From NCBI GenBank assembly GCA_000004695.1, contig CM000153.2, forward strand, positions 4,512,001 through 4,576,000: 64,000 nt of DNA. Direction: 5' to 3'. A model generated the notes under the pieces. The model was not told the DNA's origin and did not search any database. It saw only the letters and a list, made by a program, of their open reading frames with translations. Source of the DNA: Dictyostelium discoideum (taxonomy: Eukaryota). Made by a program: the position numbers and the translations under genes. The stretch's first letter is position 1. Each line of letters starts with the position of its first letter. Below, piece by piece: positions 38,493-54,579 of this stretch.

Positions 38493-38616
38493 GGGGGGTT
38501 TTTGGGTAATAAATTTTTTAAAAAATTTTGGACCCCCCCCATATTTTGGGTAAAACCAAATAAGGGGGGCAAAAAAAAAATATTTTTTTTAAAAAAAAAA
38601 AAGGTTCCCCCCCCCC

Positions 38617-38659
<43 letters not shown>

Positions 38660-38740
38660 TTTTGGGGAATGGGGGTTAAGGGTTTTGGAAAAAAACCCAC
38701 CCAAAAAAATTTTTTTTAAAACTCCCCCCCCAAAAAAACC

Positions 38741-38776
<36 letters not shown>

Positions 38777-38798
38777 TTTTTCTATTCAATTTTTCTAT

Positions 38799-38830
<32 letters not shown>
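38400..38830. other. Aberrant homopolymer patchwork (A76 followed by alternating G/C/T/A runs); probable low-quality or collapsed sequence
   Basis: The region 38412-38487 is about 76 A. It is followed by tttgggggggtttttgggtaat...ggaccccccccatattttgggtaaaaccaaataaggggggcaaaaaaaaaa...ggttcccccccccccaatttttt...ggggaatgggggttaagggttttgg...actcccccccaaaaaaacc. G and C homopolymers of 7-11 nt are otherwise essentially absent from this window. Confidence 0.4.
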
Positions 38831-39259
38831 GGATTTTATATTTTTAAAAAAAATTTTAAAATAAGATATTAACCAAAAATTTATAATTTAAATAATAAAG
38901 ATAATTCTTATTCCAAATAATAATATATCATTAAAAATAATAACAATATTGAAGTAGTAATATTAATATAATAATCTTTTAAAAAAAAAAATTAAAAAAT
39001 TAAAAATTAAATATTTTATTTATTTATTTATTTTTTTTTTTTTTTGTTTATAAAATTCCAAAACACATTTTAAATTTATAAAATACATTTTATTTTATTT
39101 TTCTTCAACCTTTTATAATTATTTAAAAAAAAAATAATTTAATACTAAAATTATAAAATTGGTTCAAAATATTCAATAATTTCAACATCAACCACTACTA
39201 TTCCTTCAACACCACATTATAATTCATTAAATAAACAATATACAAAATCAAAGTCATCT

Positions 39260-39693
39260 TTGAATTTAAATACCAGTAATTTAAATAATAATAATAATAA
39301 TAATAATAAAATGAATAATATTAATAACAACAATAATAATAATTATTATCAAGATAGAAATGGTGGAGGTGGACCAAATAATAATACAAATAATAATAAC
39401 CACCAAAACCATCATCACAATAATAATCATACTCACCATAATAATCATAACAACAGCCATCATCATCATCATCATCAACAAATATCAACTCAATTCTCTG
39501 GTCCAATTCCAATCACATTTTTATCAATTTTAAAAGAAGGTAAAATTCAATTGGGTGAAATTTCAAATTCTTGGGGTGAAAATGGAGATTGGCTATTAAG
39601 ATCTTTAGTAATGGCAATAAATCAAATGTTATCTGTAAATGATCAGGTATGTATTATTTATTTTATTTAATTAATTATATTTAATTTATTAAT

Positions 39694-39755
<62 letters not shown>

Positions 39756-40572
39756 TTGATAATATTAGTTTCCAAATAACCATTCTCAATTTTTACCAGA
39801 ACATATGAAATTACCCATGATTACCATTGAAGGATATATCTCTAGAATTATAAAATATTCGCCATGTTCAAAAGAATGTTTCATCATTATATTAATGTAT
39901 ATTGATAGATTAATTCAAAAAAGAAATTTCATTGTAAATAGTTATAATATCCATAGAATTTTAATCACCTGTGTTTTGGTTGCTGCAAAATATTTAGATG
40001 GTAATTATTGAAATAATAAATAATATTATAAATAACAACAATAATAATATACATTAATATTATTACTATTATTAAGGAATATATATTAATACTAACATAA
40101 TAATTATTTTTTATTTTTTATTTTAAAAAAAAAAGATATTTTTTATAATAATCAATTTTATTCCCAAGTTGGAGGTGTTAGTGTTAAAGAAATTAATGTG
40201 ATGGAATTAGATTTCTTAAAATTATTATCATTCGATGTCAGTGCAAATACTGATGTGTATTCTGTATATTTAGAATTCTTTGAAAAATACACTAAAAAAT
40301 TACAATTGAGTTTAAACTTTCAACCAAATACCAAACTATTACCATCCCCAATCCCAATTGAAAACCTTGTAAATACTAAAAAAAACAATAATCATACAAA
40401 CATTAATAATATTATGAATAATATTAATAATAATAATAATAATAATACCACTACCACATCATCTAATAAAAATATAACCCCAATTGTAAATAATAATAAC
40501 AATAACAATAATGCTTCAAGTAATATTATACTCAAAACAAATAGATCAAATAGTATTAGTAGTATTGAACAA

Positions 40573-40640
<68 letters not shown>

Positions 40641-40764
40641 TACTAATAATAATAATAATAATAGTAATGAAGAAGAAGAAACGAATTCTGGAGATAATTC
40701 AAAAAACAATAGCAATAATTCCACCTATCACCATCTTCCATTTCGATATCCACTCGTTGCCTAA
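39260..40764 (+). CDS. PHO80-like cyclin, paralog 2, 3 exons, about 415 aa
   Basis: The exons are 39260..39646 (donor CAG|gtatgt), 39769..40000 (acceptor aatattag|TTTCC, donor GATG|gtaatt) and 40136..40764 (acceptor aaaaag|AT). The spliced protein reads ...LPMITIEGYISRIIKYSPCSKECFIIILMYIDRLIQKRNFIVNSYNIHRILITCVLVAAKYLDDIFYNNQFYSQVGGVSVKEINVMELDFLKLLSF. This is colinear with the 24016 gene, and both introns sit at the same positions. The N-terminus is N/H-rich and the C-terminus has poly-N. Confidence 0.8.
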
Positions 40765-41268
40765 ACTATTAAGTTTTGATTTTATTAAAAAATTTAAATC
40801 AAAACCACAAAATCAATAACAAATAATATTTATTAATTAAATTGATTAATTAAATATTTCAATTAATTTTTTAAAAAATAATAATATCAACAACACACAG
40901 TATTGATGGTTCGATCATCTTATTTTTTTTTTTTACCTCCTCCTCCCTTCTTTAAATATTATATATATATATATATATATAAACCATTTTTTTTTTAAAT
41001 CAATTCAATTTTTAATAACCAATATCATTTTTTACTTCTCTTCCTCCCTCCATCTTTTGTCTATAAAAAAAAAAAAAACCTTTTTTTTTTTCCCAAATTA
41101 AACAATTATTAAAAAAAAAACAAATAAAAAAATTAATTCTAAAAATATATATTTCTTTTTTTTAAAAAAAATTATTTCTATTTATATATATAATAATGTA
41201 TCAAATTTATTTATTTTTATTTTATTTTATTTTATTTTTTTTTTGATTATTAAAATTAATTATTTATT

Positions 41269-43238
41269 CTAATCTCTTGGAGCACCACCATCTTCAGCTT
41301 CTAATTGTGCTCTTAATTCATTTAAATCGTGATCGTCGTCTTGAGTTGGTAAATAAAAGTATGGATTATCTAAACTTGGTCTGAATTGATAACTAAAGAT
41401 AAAATAAAATATGTAATGTCAGTACTATATTAATTTTTTTAAAATCTTAAGAAAAAAAAAAAAAAAAAAAAAAAAAAAACTTTGACTTACCCAGTAATAC
41501 AATAAAAAGCAAAAGAAGCAGTTAATGAAAAGAATTCACCTAACCAAATATATTTGTATGGAAGTGTTGCTTTTAATAAATAAATAATAACACGAGTGAA
41601 ATATAAATAACAAATTACAACCAAATAAAAGGATCTAAATAATCTTAATTTTTGAATATTTTTAACAACTAAAATAAATAAATATAATAATTAGTATAAT
41701 ATTTCTTCCATAATAATAATAATAATAAATACTAATTATTATTATTATTGATTATTAATTATTAATTATTAATTATTAATTATTAATTATTATTACCTTT
41801 ATCATTATTTGAATCAACACTATCTTTAAGATGATTCATTGACCAAACGATTGGAACAATTATAGCTAAACAACAAATTAAATCAACGAAAATGAAAATA
41901 TTACTCCAACTAATCCAATTTGCAGCACCTCTTGATTCTTCATCCACAACGATTAATGCAATATTATCTAAAATTTGTAATGGAATGACAATCATAAATA
42001 TCTTTTTCTCTTTATCTGAAAGGAAGGGTTTAATAAAATACCATCCTGATCCAATCATAGCTAAAAGAATAATGAAAAATGAACCTTGTGCAAATGCAAA
42101 TATATAATATGCTACATTCCATCCATTTGCTGATCCTGTTAATTTAATATAATGTTGTTCAATCTTTGTTGGGGAAAAAATAAAAATATTTAATATTTAA
42201 TATTAATATTAGTAATAATATTATTATTTTTAATAATTATAATTAATAATACACTTACAGCTTCAAATAATAATTCAATAGCTTGAATGACTAAATATGC
42301 TGTACAAAGATGGTGAAGTAAGTTTACTCTTTTACCCTCACCTCTGAGGCAGAATAAAACCCATACTAATGCTGTTGCAAATAATAATAATGAAAAAAAT
42401 GTATAAAGTGTTGGTAATGGAGCATTACCTATTGGGAGCCATGAAATACCTCCCTTTGAATCAATATTATATTCTTCTAAAACTAACTAAAAATATTATT
42501 ATTATTATTATTAATATTGCAAACTTTTTATTTTATATTGGATATTAGATATTAGATATACATACTTTAAAAGTTGTTTTTGAAGGTGAAGGATTACAAT
42601 TTTTATAATATAATGTATAAAAACCTTCTGGTAAATCGTTTTCAGCTGAAATTTTAAATTGTTGTGAGAATGAATCATCAATAACATTTGAATCACCTCT
42701 AAATAAGAGACTTGGACTCTCACTTTCAAAATCACATTTTGTAACACTATATTCATCTACATGTCTTGCTGTATCTGAATCTGTTATACGTAAAAAAAAT
42801 GCTACCTTATCATCTACTTTGGTTTTTTTACCATCTCCATTATTTAACTAATTGAAAAAAAAAAAATAATAAAAAAATAAAAACAAAATAAAAAAAATAA
42901 AAAAAAGTTAATAAATATACACACAAATACTCTCCCTCTCTTTCTTTCTCTTTCTCTTTCTCTTTCTCTTTCTCTTTCTCTTTCTCTTTCTCTTTCTCTT
43001 TCTCTTTCTCTTTCTCTTTCTCTCTTTTTTTTTTTTATTGAAAAAATTATATATATATAAAACTTACAGTCCAATTTGTTACTTTAATTGAGAATGTACC
43101 TTTATCACCAAAACCAAAACCTTCAATTGCAAATAATTTTCTATCATCATTATTAACTTCTAAATGATGTTTATATGCGTTTATAATTCCAAGAAATAGG
43201 AAAAATAGTACAACTATTTTATTTATATTACTTTTCAT
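41269..43238 (-). CDS. Lung-seven-transmembrane-receptor family protein (GPR107/GPR108/TMEM87-like), 6 exons, about 449 aa
   Basis: The exons are 43238..43068, 42847..42566, 42486..42259, 42163..41797, 41668..41491 and 41392..41269. The donors are GTAAGT, GTATGT, GTAAGT, GTAATA and GTAAGT, and all phases check (171+282+228+367+178+124 nt). There is a signal peptide MKSNINKIVVLFFLFLGIINA, a luminal domain, then multiple TM helices. The C-terminal part KNIQKLRLFRSFYLVVICYLYFTRVIIYLLKATLPYKYIWLGEFFSLTASFAFYCITGYQFRP matches the GPR107/108 signature (...KL.LFR.YY.l.v.YIYFTRII..LLk...PF...WL......lvFf..TGYKFRP). Confidence 0.8.
42931..43025. repeat. (CTCTTT)n hexanucleotide microsatellite of about 14 units inside intron 1 of the 7TM gene
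   Basis: Direct reading. On the minus strand it is (GAGAAA)n, which produces the spurious 'ERERER' ORF at 42844..43074. Confidence 0.9.
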
Positions 43239-43857
43239 CGTTTGTTCTAAATATATATTTTTTTCATATAAAAAAAAAAAAAAAAATTGAAAAAAAATAA
43301 AAGGAATCTTTTTTTTATTTTTTTTTTTTTTTTTAATTTTTTTTTTTTTTTTTTTTTTTTGTTTTTAATTTTAATTTTAAAATTTCTCAAAATATTGTGT
43401 TGGTTAACCTACGTCAGGTATAAGTACGATAAAAAGAAAAAAAATAAAAAAAAATATATATAAATAAAAGATAAATTTTTTTTTTTTTTTTTTATTATTG
43501 TTTTTATTTTTTTATTTTATTTTAATTTTTTTCTTATCATGTAAAAAAAAATTATTTTAAAAATAAAAAATAATAAAAAAAAAAATAAAAAAAAAATAAA
43601 AAATAAAAAAAAGATGGAAAAACACACCATCCCAATTTATATTTTTAAAATAACCAAAATTATATAATTATTAAAATTAAGATATTTTGTAATTTGGTAT
43701 AAACACCATGAAAAAAAAAAAAATAAAAAAATAAAAATATGAACCTGAAAATATTTTAAAATTTGTTGAACCTGTAAAAAATTGAGATTGTATGTCTATT
43801 TATAAAACTTAAATTAAATTAAATTTAGATTTCTTTTTTAAATATTTATTTTTTTAT

Positions 43858-44528
43858 TTATTCAAATTTACAATTTTCATAACCTTTTGATTTTAAAAAT
43901 TCTTTAACTTTTTGAAGTGAACGAGTACGATGAGAAATTGTATTTTTAATTGATTTATCCATTTCTGCATAAGTTTCTTTGTAACCATCTGGTTGGAATA
44001 CAGGGTCCCAACCGAAATTACGTGGACCACGTGGTTGTACGATGATACCATCGGTTTTACCAGCGAATACGATTGGTTCTGAATCTGGTCCTTCTGAAAA
44101 AGCGAAATTACATAATGCATATGCACTCTTATCTTCCCAAGCATCTAATAATTTATATAATCCTTCTGGTTCTAATTTATCTAAAAACCATTTAACATAT
44201 GGTCCTGGTAATCCTTTTAATGCATTAAAACATAAACATGTATCCTCAACTAATACTGGTCCTCCAACTTCTCTTGCTGCAATTTTACATTTTTCAATTG
44301 AAATATCAATTGGATCACCTTGTAATTCTGGTACTAAATATTGTTTAATTATTATTTATTATTATTATTTATTTTTTTAATGTGTTTCTTTTTTTTTTTT
44401 TAAAACAAAAATACTTTACAATCAACTTTTTTTGATTCAATTGGGAATGATGTACCTAAAATTTGTAATGCTTCTTCAAGTTTTTTTGCATTTCCTGTAA
44501 CAAAAACAATCTTTTTACTAATACTCAT
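43858..44528 (-). CDS. Inosine triphosphate pyrophosphatase (Ham1/ITPA family), 2 exons, 194 aa
   Basis: Exon 1 is 44528..44420, reading [36 protein letters not shown], with donor GATT|gtaaag. Exon 2 is 44333..43858, acceptor atatttag|TA, reading [50 protein letters not shown]...[41 protein letters not shown]. The Ham1/ITPA motifs are present (FVTGN, the WF.. segment, FGWDP.FQP.G...TYAEM....KN.ISHR). The track ORFs 43893..44144 and 44042..44380 are out-of-frame or antisense artefacts. Confidence 0.85.
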
Positions 44529-44548
44529 TTTTTACCTCTAAAAATCTG

Positions 44549-44598
<50 letters not shown>

Positions 44599-44827
44599 AT
44601 TGAAAAATTAAAAAAAAAAAAAAAAAAAAAATTGTTGGGAAAATAAAAAAAATTGGGAAATAAATCAAAAAAAGCTATTTTTATTAATTAAATAGGGTTA
44701 TGGATTGTTTATTTTCTATAAAGAAGCCAATTTGAATAAACATTTGAATAAACATTGTTTATATTCCAATATTATTCAAATTGGTTTTAAAAAAATATAA
44801 ACAAACAAATAACCTAATTCATTAATA

Positions 44828-44882
<55 letters not shown>

Positions 44883-45287
44883 ATACATTTTTTTAAAAAA
44901 AAAAAATTAAAAATAAAAATAAAAAAACTATTTTTTCTAAGATCGAAAAGAGATTATGTTTAATAAATTTCTTTTTGTAACATAAATAATTTTTTTTTTT
45001 TTGGTGTGTGAGGTAAATTCTTCTTTTAGTTAGATAGATGTCTATCTGTTTATCTGTGTGGTGCATGTGTATTTTTTTGTAAATATTATGATAACTGAAT
45101 ATACAAATGTCTGCTACCAGAAGACAAACCAACTTTTTTTTTTTATTATTATTATATGATTAAAAATTGACATGGATGGTTTGTGTGTGCACGTGTTTTT
45201 GCAAAAGTAAAATAATATTTTAAACTAACATCACTTTTTTGTGAAAGGAGATTTTAATTTAAATAACCTATAAATAGTAGATTATAA

Positions 45288-45325
<38 letters not shown>

Positions 45326-45574
45326 TTATTTATTCTGTGCACTCACAATTTTCTTTTTTTTTTTATAAATATAAATTAACTGTTTCCCCCACTCTTTTTA
45401 ATCAATTTACAAAAAAAAAAAAAAAAGATTGACAAACTTTAAAAAAAAATAAAAAATAAAAAATAAAAAAAAAATAAAATTAAAAAACACAAAAAAAAAA
45501 CAAAAAAAAAAAAAAAAATATTTTTTTTTTTCAAACCTCCATTATTCGTTTTAATTAATATATTATTCCAAAAC

Positions 45575-45609
<35 letters not shown>

Positions 45610-45643
45610 TTAAAAACCTTTTAAAAAAGTAAAAAAAAAGAAA

Positions 45644-46686
45644 ATGGGGAAATCACAACAATTTTTATTATTAAAAAAAACCACACCACAAATAATTACA
45701 CCACAAATAATTACACCACAACCTCCAGCAATATTATTTAAAAAAAAAGAATTTATAATTCCAGATTATTTAATAATTAAAATATTAAGATATTTAATTC
45801 AAGATCAATTTACACCAAATAATAAAGATAATAGAAATAATAATAGCAGCAATAATTATAAAACATATAGATACAAGAAATCAAAAACCAATAGTAGTAG
45901 ATTTTCATTTTTAAATTTAAATTTTAATTATGCATTAGTATCATGGAAATGGTTTAAATTAACATCAAAACTAAATGACTTTTTGCCACGTAGATATCTA
46001 ATTGCACTAATAAATCGAAACACTTCAAATGATCATAACTATTATCATCAATTAATTAAAAATCAATTTAATAAATATAATAATTTTTTATTTGACGATG
46101 GTAATGATGATAATGACGATAATTATAATGATCATGATGATGATGAAGAGGATGATGAAGAAAAAGATAAAAATGAATTAACAATTTCAAAACAAGAAGA
46201 GAAATTTAGAGTTAAAAATCAATGTATTATTTATACATCGTTGAGATATGGTTGGATACAGTTTAATAATTTGGTGGAGATTGAATTTGATCGTGTATCA
46301 TCAACATGGTTTAGTTCATGGCAATTGTTAGTTAAAGAATCACCGAAATTAGAAAGAGTGCATTTAACAATTATCGTGGGATCAGATAATCCAATTGAAA
46401 TATTTGAAAGATTTTCAATGACCGATATAAAATTAATATTAAAATTATATTTCAATGATTTATATTGTAATTTAGAATCAATTGAAAATTATATTCATCA
46501 AAGAAACAAATCACCATTTTCAATCAATGTTCAATCAATTCAATGTATTTGTAATATTCATCAAGATATGAATTGGGATATCGTCAAATTCTTTAACCCA
46601 TCACAATTATTATTAGATAGTAATTATGAAACAACTTTTCATTATTCATATACTAATTTATTATTACCACCACCACTACCACCACC

Positions 46687-46719
<33 letters not shown>

Positions 46720-47815
46720 AACAACAACAACAACAACAACACCAACAACACCAACAACAACTACTGCCACTACAACTACTTTATCATTATTAAATGATTT
46801 TAGAATTAAATTTCATGATTTTTTAGACTTTAAAGATTTTAAATTGGCGTTGGATAATGAGGGATTGACAAGTTTGGATTGTTCTTTGTTGTTATTTGAT
46901 ATTCATAGTTTTGAGCATATTATACCAGAGATTGGGAGTGAAGTTTATTGGAATTCAATATCATGTGATACTAATGATATTGCATTTGAAATTCCTTTTA
47001 CAATTAATTCAATTGCAAAATCATTATCATTAAATACAACTTTAACAACTTTAAAAATTTCAGATTATTATCGTTATTATGATGATGATGATTCTTCAAT
47101 TTATAATGGTTATGATGTTGAAAATGCATTTTTAGATAAACCAAAGAAATTAAAAATTAACAATAACAACAACAATACAATTATAGATCCATTTCAAGAT
47201 ACTTTATCTCACTATAATCAAGATATTAAAACATTTGCATATCAATTCTCAGAGGCAATTTGTTTAAATAAAACTTTAAAAACACTTTATATTTCATCTT
47301 GGGATTCTTTATTAGCTGATAATCATATTAAAAAACAACAACAATTTGAACAATTAAATAATAATAATAATAATAATAATGAGTTTAATTGTCAATTTTT
47401 TAAATCATTATCAATTAATCAAACATTAACAAGTTTATCATTAGTTAATGATACAATATCAGATTATGATTTAAAATGTTTATCATTTTATTTTGGTAAA
47501 AATCATTCAATTAAACAATTGGTTTTATCAAATAATAATTTAAAACATGTTGATAAATTAATTCAATTATTAAATTCAACTTCTATACGTAATAATAGTG
47601 GTGGTGATGATGATAATTTTAATAATAATGGTAAAATAATTGGATTAACTTTAGATTTATCAAATAATCATTACCCAATTAAATCATCAAATCAAATTTA
47701 TCAATCAATTTTAAATAATTTTAAATTTATAAATCAATTAATTTTACCAATTAATTTTGAAGAAACTATTGAACAATTAAATCAAAAAAATAAATTTAAT
47801 ATTTTATTTAATTAA
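45644..47815 (+). CDS. F-box-like / leucine-rich-repeat (RNI-like) protein, single exon, 723 aa
   Basis: A continuous ATG-to-stop ORF. It has an N-terminal F-box-like motif IIPDYLIIKILRYLIQDQF and repeated LRR-like units (LTSLDCSLLLFDI, NTTLTTLKISDYY, LNKTLKTLYISSWDSL, INQTLTSLSLVNDTISDYDLKCL, IKQLVLSNNNLKHVDKLIQLLN). A poly-Thr tract is encoded by (ACA)n at about 46690-46760. The family assignment rests on motifs only. Confidence 0.55.
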
Positions 47816-48349
47816 AGAGTAAAAATAAAATAAAAATAAATTTTATTTTTTTTTTATCTTTTTTTTTTTTTTTTAATAAATATCCAACCAGCCGATAAGT
47901 TTTTCACCAAATTTTCGGTTTTAAAAATTTTTTTATTTTTAATTTTTTTATTTTTAATTTTTTTTTTTTAATTTTCACACCAAACCACACTGCACTGCTT
48001 TTTTTTTTTTTTTTTTTGTTGATTTCTTTTTTTTTTTTTTTTTTTTTCAATTTTTTTTTCAATTTTTTTAATATCTTTACTATATATATATATATATTTA
48101 AACAATTATCTATTTTTTTTTTTATTTTAATTTCTTTTTTGATTTTTTTAATTAATAAATTATAAAATTTTAAAATAATATAATAAATATAGAAAAAATA
48201 TATATATATAAAGTAAAAATAAAAATAAAAATAGAAGTTAAAATATAAATATAAATATAAAAATAAAAATAAAAATAAAAATTGAAAAATAAGAATAGAA
48301 AAATAAAAATAGAAAAATAAAAATAGAAAATTAAAAATATAAATAAAAA

Positions 48350-51334
<2,985 letters not shown>

Positions 51335-51675
51335 AATAAAAAAAAAAAAATAAACAAACTTTTTTTTTTCCTCTTTTTTTTTTTTAAAACAAAAAAAAAC
51401 ATTTTAAAGAATATGTTTATAGTTGTGGATGATTCTTTTTTTTTTCTTTTCCTCCTTGACCAAAATTTTAAAATAATCTATTATAAAGATATCTTTATAA
51501 TTTTAATTTTATTTTTTTTTTTTTTCCAATGTGAATCTAATTTTTTTATTAACAAATTTATAAATTGTTAAATTAAAAAATATGTTTGGAGCTCTGATTC
51601 TTTATAGAGTTTTTTTAATTTAATTATTTGTTAAAGCAATCAGTTTGGATTTTTAAAATTGGAATTTCAAAAAAT

Positions 51676-51676
<1 letters not shown>

Positions 51677-51725
<49 letters not shown>

Positions 51726-52810
51726 TGGATTAACAAGATTGATATATGCCCATCTGGGTTAAAACAAGTTTTATTTAATATTTATTTAAAGGCTTATCTT
51801 TTAAGCTGAAGGGTTATTTTAATCATATGAATTGATCAAAAAATATAATATTTGGGAAAAATGATTCTGGAATACAAAAAAAATTAGCTGTTGTTTTTCT
51901 TACCTTGATCGTTGAAGGGAAAAGGATCTTAGGATCTTTGAAGTTATTATGGCCTTTTGCTGAAAAGTTTTTCAAAACTTTTGCTTTTTTGATGAATTCA
52001 AAAGGGGCCAATTTGGGCCATTTCTTTAAAAGGGAGCTGTATGATAGGGATTCCTCTGTTAAAGGATCTTCCCTGTATATTTGATTGCAAATCCAAATCC
52101 AAATGTTGGGGAGGATAAGGGCCATTAGGTTTCTATATGCGAATGATCTGGTTAAAACATAACCTATTGCTTTATAGTTCCATTCAAAGTATCTTGTGAA
52201 TCTGTGGTGGCGTAATCTGCATTCCTTCTTGATCTTTTGGCTGTCGGTGATAATTTGGAGTTATTCTATTAATGAAATTGTTATTTGCCTAATTCTTGTA
52301 TGGTGCCAGTTTTTACCTTTGCCTGTGGTGATATAGATGAAATTTTTGAGTTTATTTATTTTTATGAATTGTTTTGTCTTCTTGCATGAGAAGAACAGGT
52401 GACCGTATGGGTCTTTGCTCATATCTTCTTTGCAGAGTGGGCATTGTTTGTTGTGAAGGTAGTTTATTGGAAGGCATCTGGCATGGAATCTAAACATTGT
52501 GTCTCTTGTTTTAGGGTCTTTTATCTTCAGTATGTTGTTGAAGAGTTGATTATAGCTGTAGCCTCTTAAGTTTAGAGATGATTGGAATTCCGTTTTAGGG
52601 ATGGTTGGATTTTGGTCTTGAATTGTAGTATACCATTCTGCCAGTGAAAGTGGTTGTCCATTTTCGTTTTTTATGGATGTGAGATTATTGTTGAAGATTG
52701 CTTTTTTTATTCTTATTTTGTTCCATTCGTCTAAGTTTTCTTTTAGGTATCTGGATGTGAATTTGTTTTTTTGGATCTGATATTCCCAGCTTTTTTTTTT
52801 TTTTTTTTTT
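51677..52810 (-). mobile_element. Degenerate tandem second copy (copy B) of the same non-LTR 3' portion, with its own poly(A) tail
   Basis: The block 51721-52790 is colinear with 52811-53900 at roughly 90-95% identity. It begins aatattggattaacaagattgatatatgcccatctg... where copy A begins aatattggattaacaagattgatatatgtccatctg.... Frameshifts split its ORF into the 51823..52125 and 52261..52497 pieces. T44 on + at 51677-51720 is the poly(A) tail. The junction with copy A falls directly after ...tattcccagc. Confidence 0.55.
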
Positions 52811-54479
52811 AATATTGGATTAACAAGATTGATATATGTCCATCTGTGTTAATACGAGTTTTTATTTAATATTTATTTATAGGCTTATCATTTAAGCTGA
52901 AGGGTTATTTTAATCATATGAATTGATCAAAAGATATAATATTTGGGAGAGATGATTCTGGAATACAATAGTAATTAGCTGTTGTTTTTCTTAGCTTGAT
53001 CGTTGAGGTGAGAAGGATCTTAGGATCTTTGAAATTATTATGGTCTTTTGCTGATAAGTTTTTCAGATCTTTTGCTTTTTTGATGTATTCTAGAGTGGCC
53101 AATTTGTGCCATTTCTTTAGAAGGGAGCTGTATGATAATGATTCATTTGTTAAAGGATCTTCACTGTATATTTGATTGCAAATCCAAATCCAAATGTTGT
53201 GGAGGATAAGGGCCATTAGGTTTCTATATGCGAATGATCTGGTTAGATCATAGTCTATTGCTTTATAGTTCCATTCAAAGTATTCTTTGTGGAATCTGTG
53301 GTTGGCGTAATCTGCATTCACTTCTTGATCTTTTTTGGCTGTCGGTGATAATTTTGGAGTTATTCTATTAATGAAATTGTTATTTTGCCTAATTCTTGTA
53401 TGATGCCAGTTTTTACCTTTGCCTGTGGTAATATAGATGAAATTTTTGAGTTTATTTATTTTTATGAATTGTTTTGTTTTCTTGCATGAGAAGAACAGGT
53501 GACCGTATGGGTCTTTGCTCATATCTTCTTTGCAGAGTGGGCATTGTTTGTTGTGAAGGTAGTTTATTGGAAGGCATCTGGCATGGAATCTAAACATTGT
53601 GTCTCTTGTTTTAGGGTCTTTTATCTTCAGTATGTTGTTGAAGAGTTGATTATAGCTGTAGCCTCTTAAGTTTAGAGATGATTGGAATTCCGTTTTAGGG
53701 ATGGTTGGATTTTGGTCTTGAATTGTGGTATACCATTCTGCCAGTGAAAGTGGTTGTCCATTTTCGTTTTTTATGGATGTGAGATTATTGTTGAAGATTG
53801 CTTTTTTGATTCTTATTTTGTTCCATTCGTCTAAGTTTTCTTTTAGGTATCTGGATGTGAATTTGTTTTTTTGGATTTGATATTCCCAGCTTTTGTGATG
53901 AGATGAGTTTGTTTGTTTGGTTTCTAGTGCTAGGATGAATTGGTTTATGATCCAAAGTTTCTGCGCCAGTTGTCTCAATTCTATATTCCAAATGTTCCAG
54001 CCCCCTACTTTTAGTGGGTATCTTGCTCTTTTGGTTCTCATTAAATTAATAACTTGAAATCCACTAGCATTTTTGTTGTTTGGTGCCGATAAAAACCATT
54101 CGACTAATTTATTGATTTGGTTTAATTCCTCTTCCTTAAAGTTCTCTACATATGAATAGTAGGTTAATTTAGAGAGTGCGAATGCTTTGAGGATGTTGGT
54201 TTTGGTTTTGATTGTTGAGTCAGTGGTTTTCCATAGTACTAAGGATGATCTTATTGTGTTTAATATTTCTGGCATTTTTCTTGTTATCCCTTTGCCTGTG
54301 AAGAAGTATCCCAAGTATCTTTCTGGATTTGTAGATATTGGAATTCTTTGGTTGGTATTGTCTGGGTTGCCTATAAGAATTGATGAAGATTTGTCGATGT
54401 TTAGTTTTGAGGAAGTGGCTTTGCAAAATGAATTGAAGTGTTGTAGTACTAATTCAAGTTGTTAAAGTCTGGGACCATT
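52811..54479 (-). mobile_element. Non-LTR (LINE/TRE-like) retrotransposon 3' portion, copy A, truncated at the assembly gap. It contains the ORF2 C-terminal region and the 3' end with a poly(A) tail.
   Basis: The minus-strand ORF 54314..52914 (466 aa) has a Cys/His motif CPLCKEDMSKDPYGHLFFSC (C-x2-C-x10-H-x4-C) of the kind found near the C-terminus of non-LTR ORF2 proteins. The element ends, on the minus strand, ...caatcttgttaatccaatatt followed by A25, which appears as T25 on + at 52786-52810. No RT motifs lie within the window, so they would sit beyond the gap at 54480. I have not assigned a family (TRE5 versus TRE3). Confidence 0.55.
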
Positions 54480-54579
54480 NNNNNNNNNNNNNNNNNNNNN
54501 NNNNNNNNNNNNNNNNNNNNNNNNNNNNNNNNNNNNNNNNNNNNNNNNNNNNNNNNNNNNNNNNNNNNNNNNNNNNNNN
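54480..54579. other. Assembly gap (100 N) inside the transposon cluster
   Basis: A run of N characters. Confidence 1.

Noticed and set aside
40392-40819. ORFs 40392..40724 (-) and 40511..40819 (+)
   Set aside because: They are alternative-frame or antisense readings of the poly-N-encoding (AAT)n tract in cyclin paralog 2, exon 3.
42844-43074. Minus ORF 42844..43074 ('ERERERER…')
   Set aside because: It is a translation of the intronic (GAGAAA)n hexanucleotide repeat. It lies inside intron 1 of the 7TM gene.
43893-44380. ORFs 43893..44144 (-) and 44042..44380 (+)
   Set aside because: The first is an out-of-frame reading and the second an antisense reading of the ITPase gene. The correct frame gives a textbook Ham1/ITPA protein.
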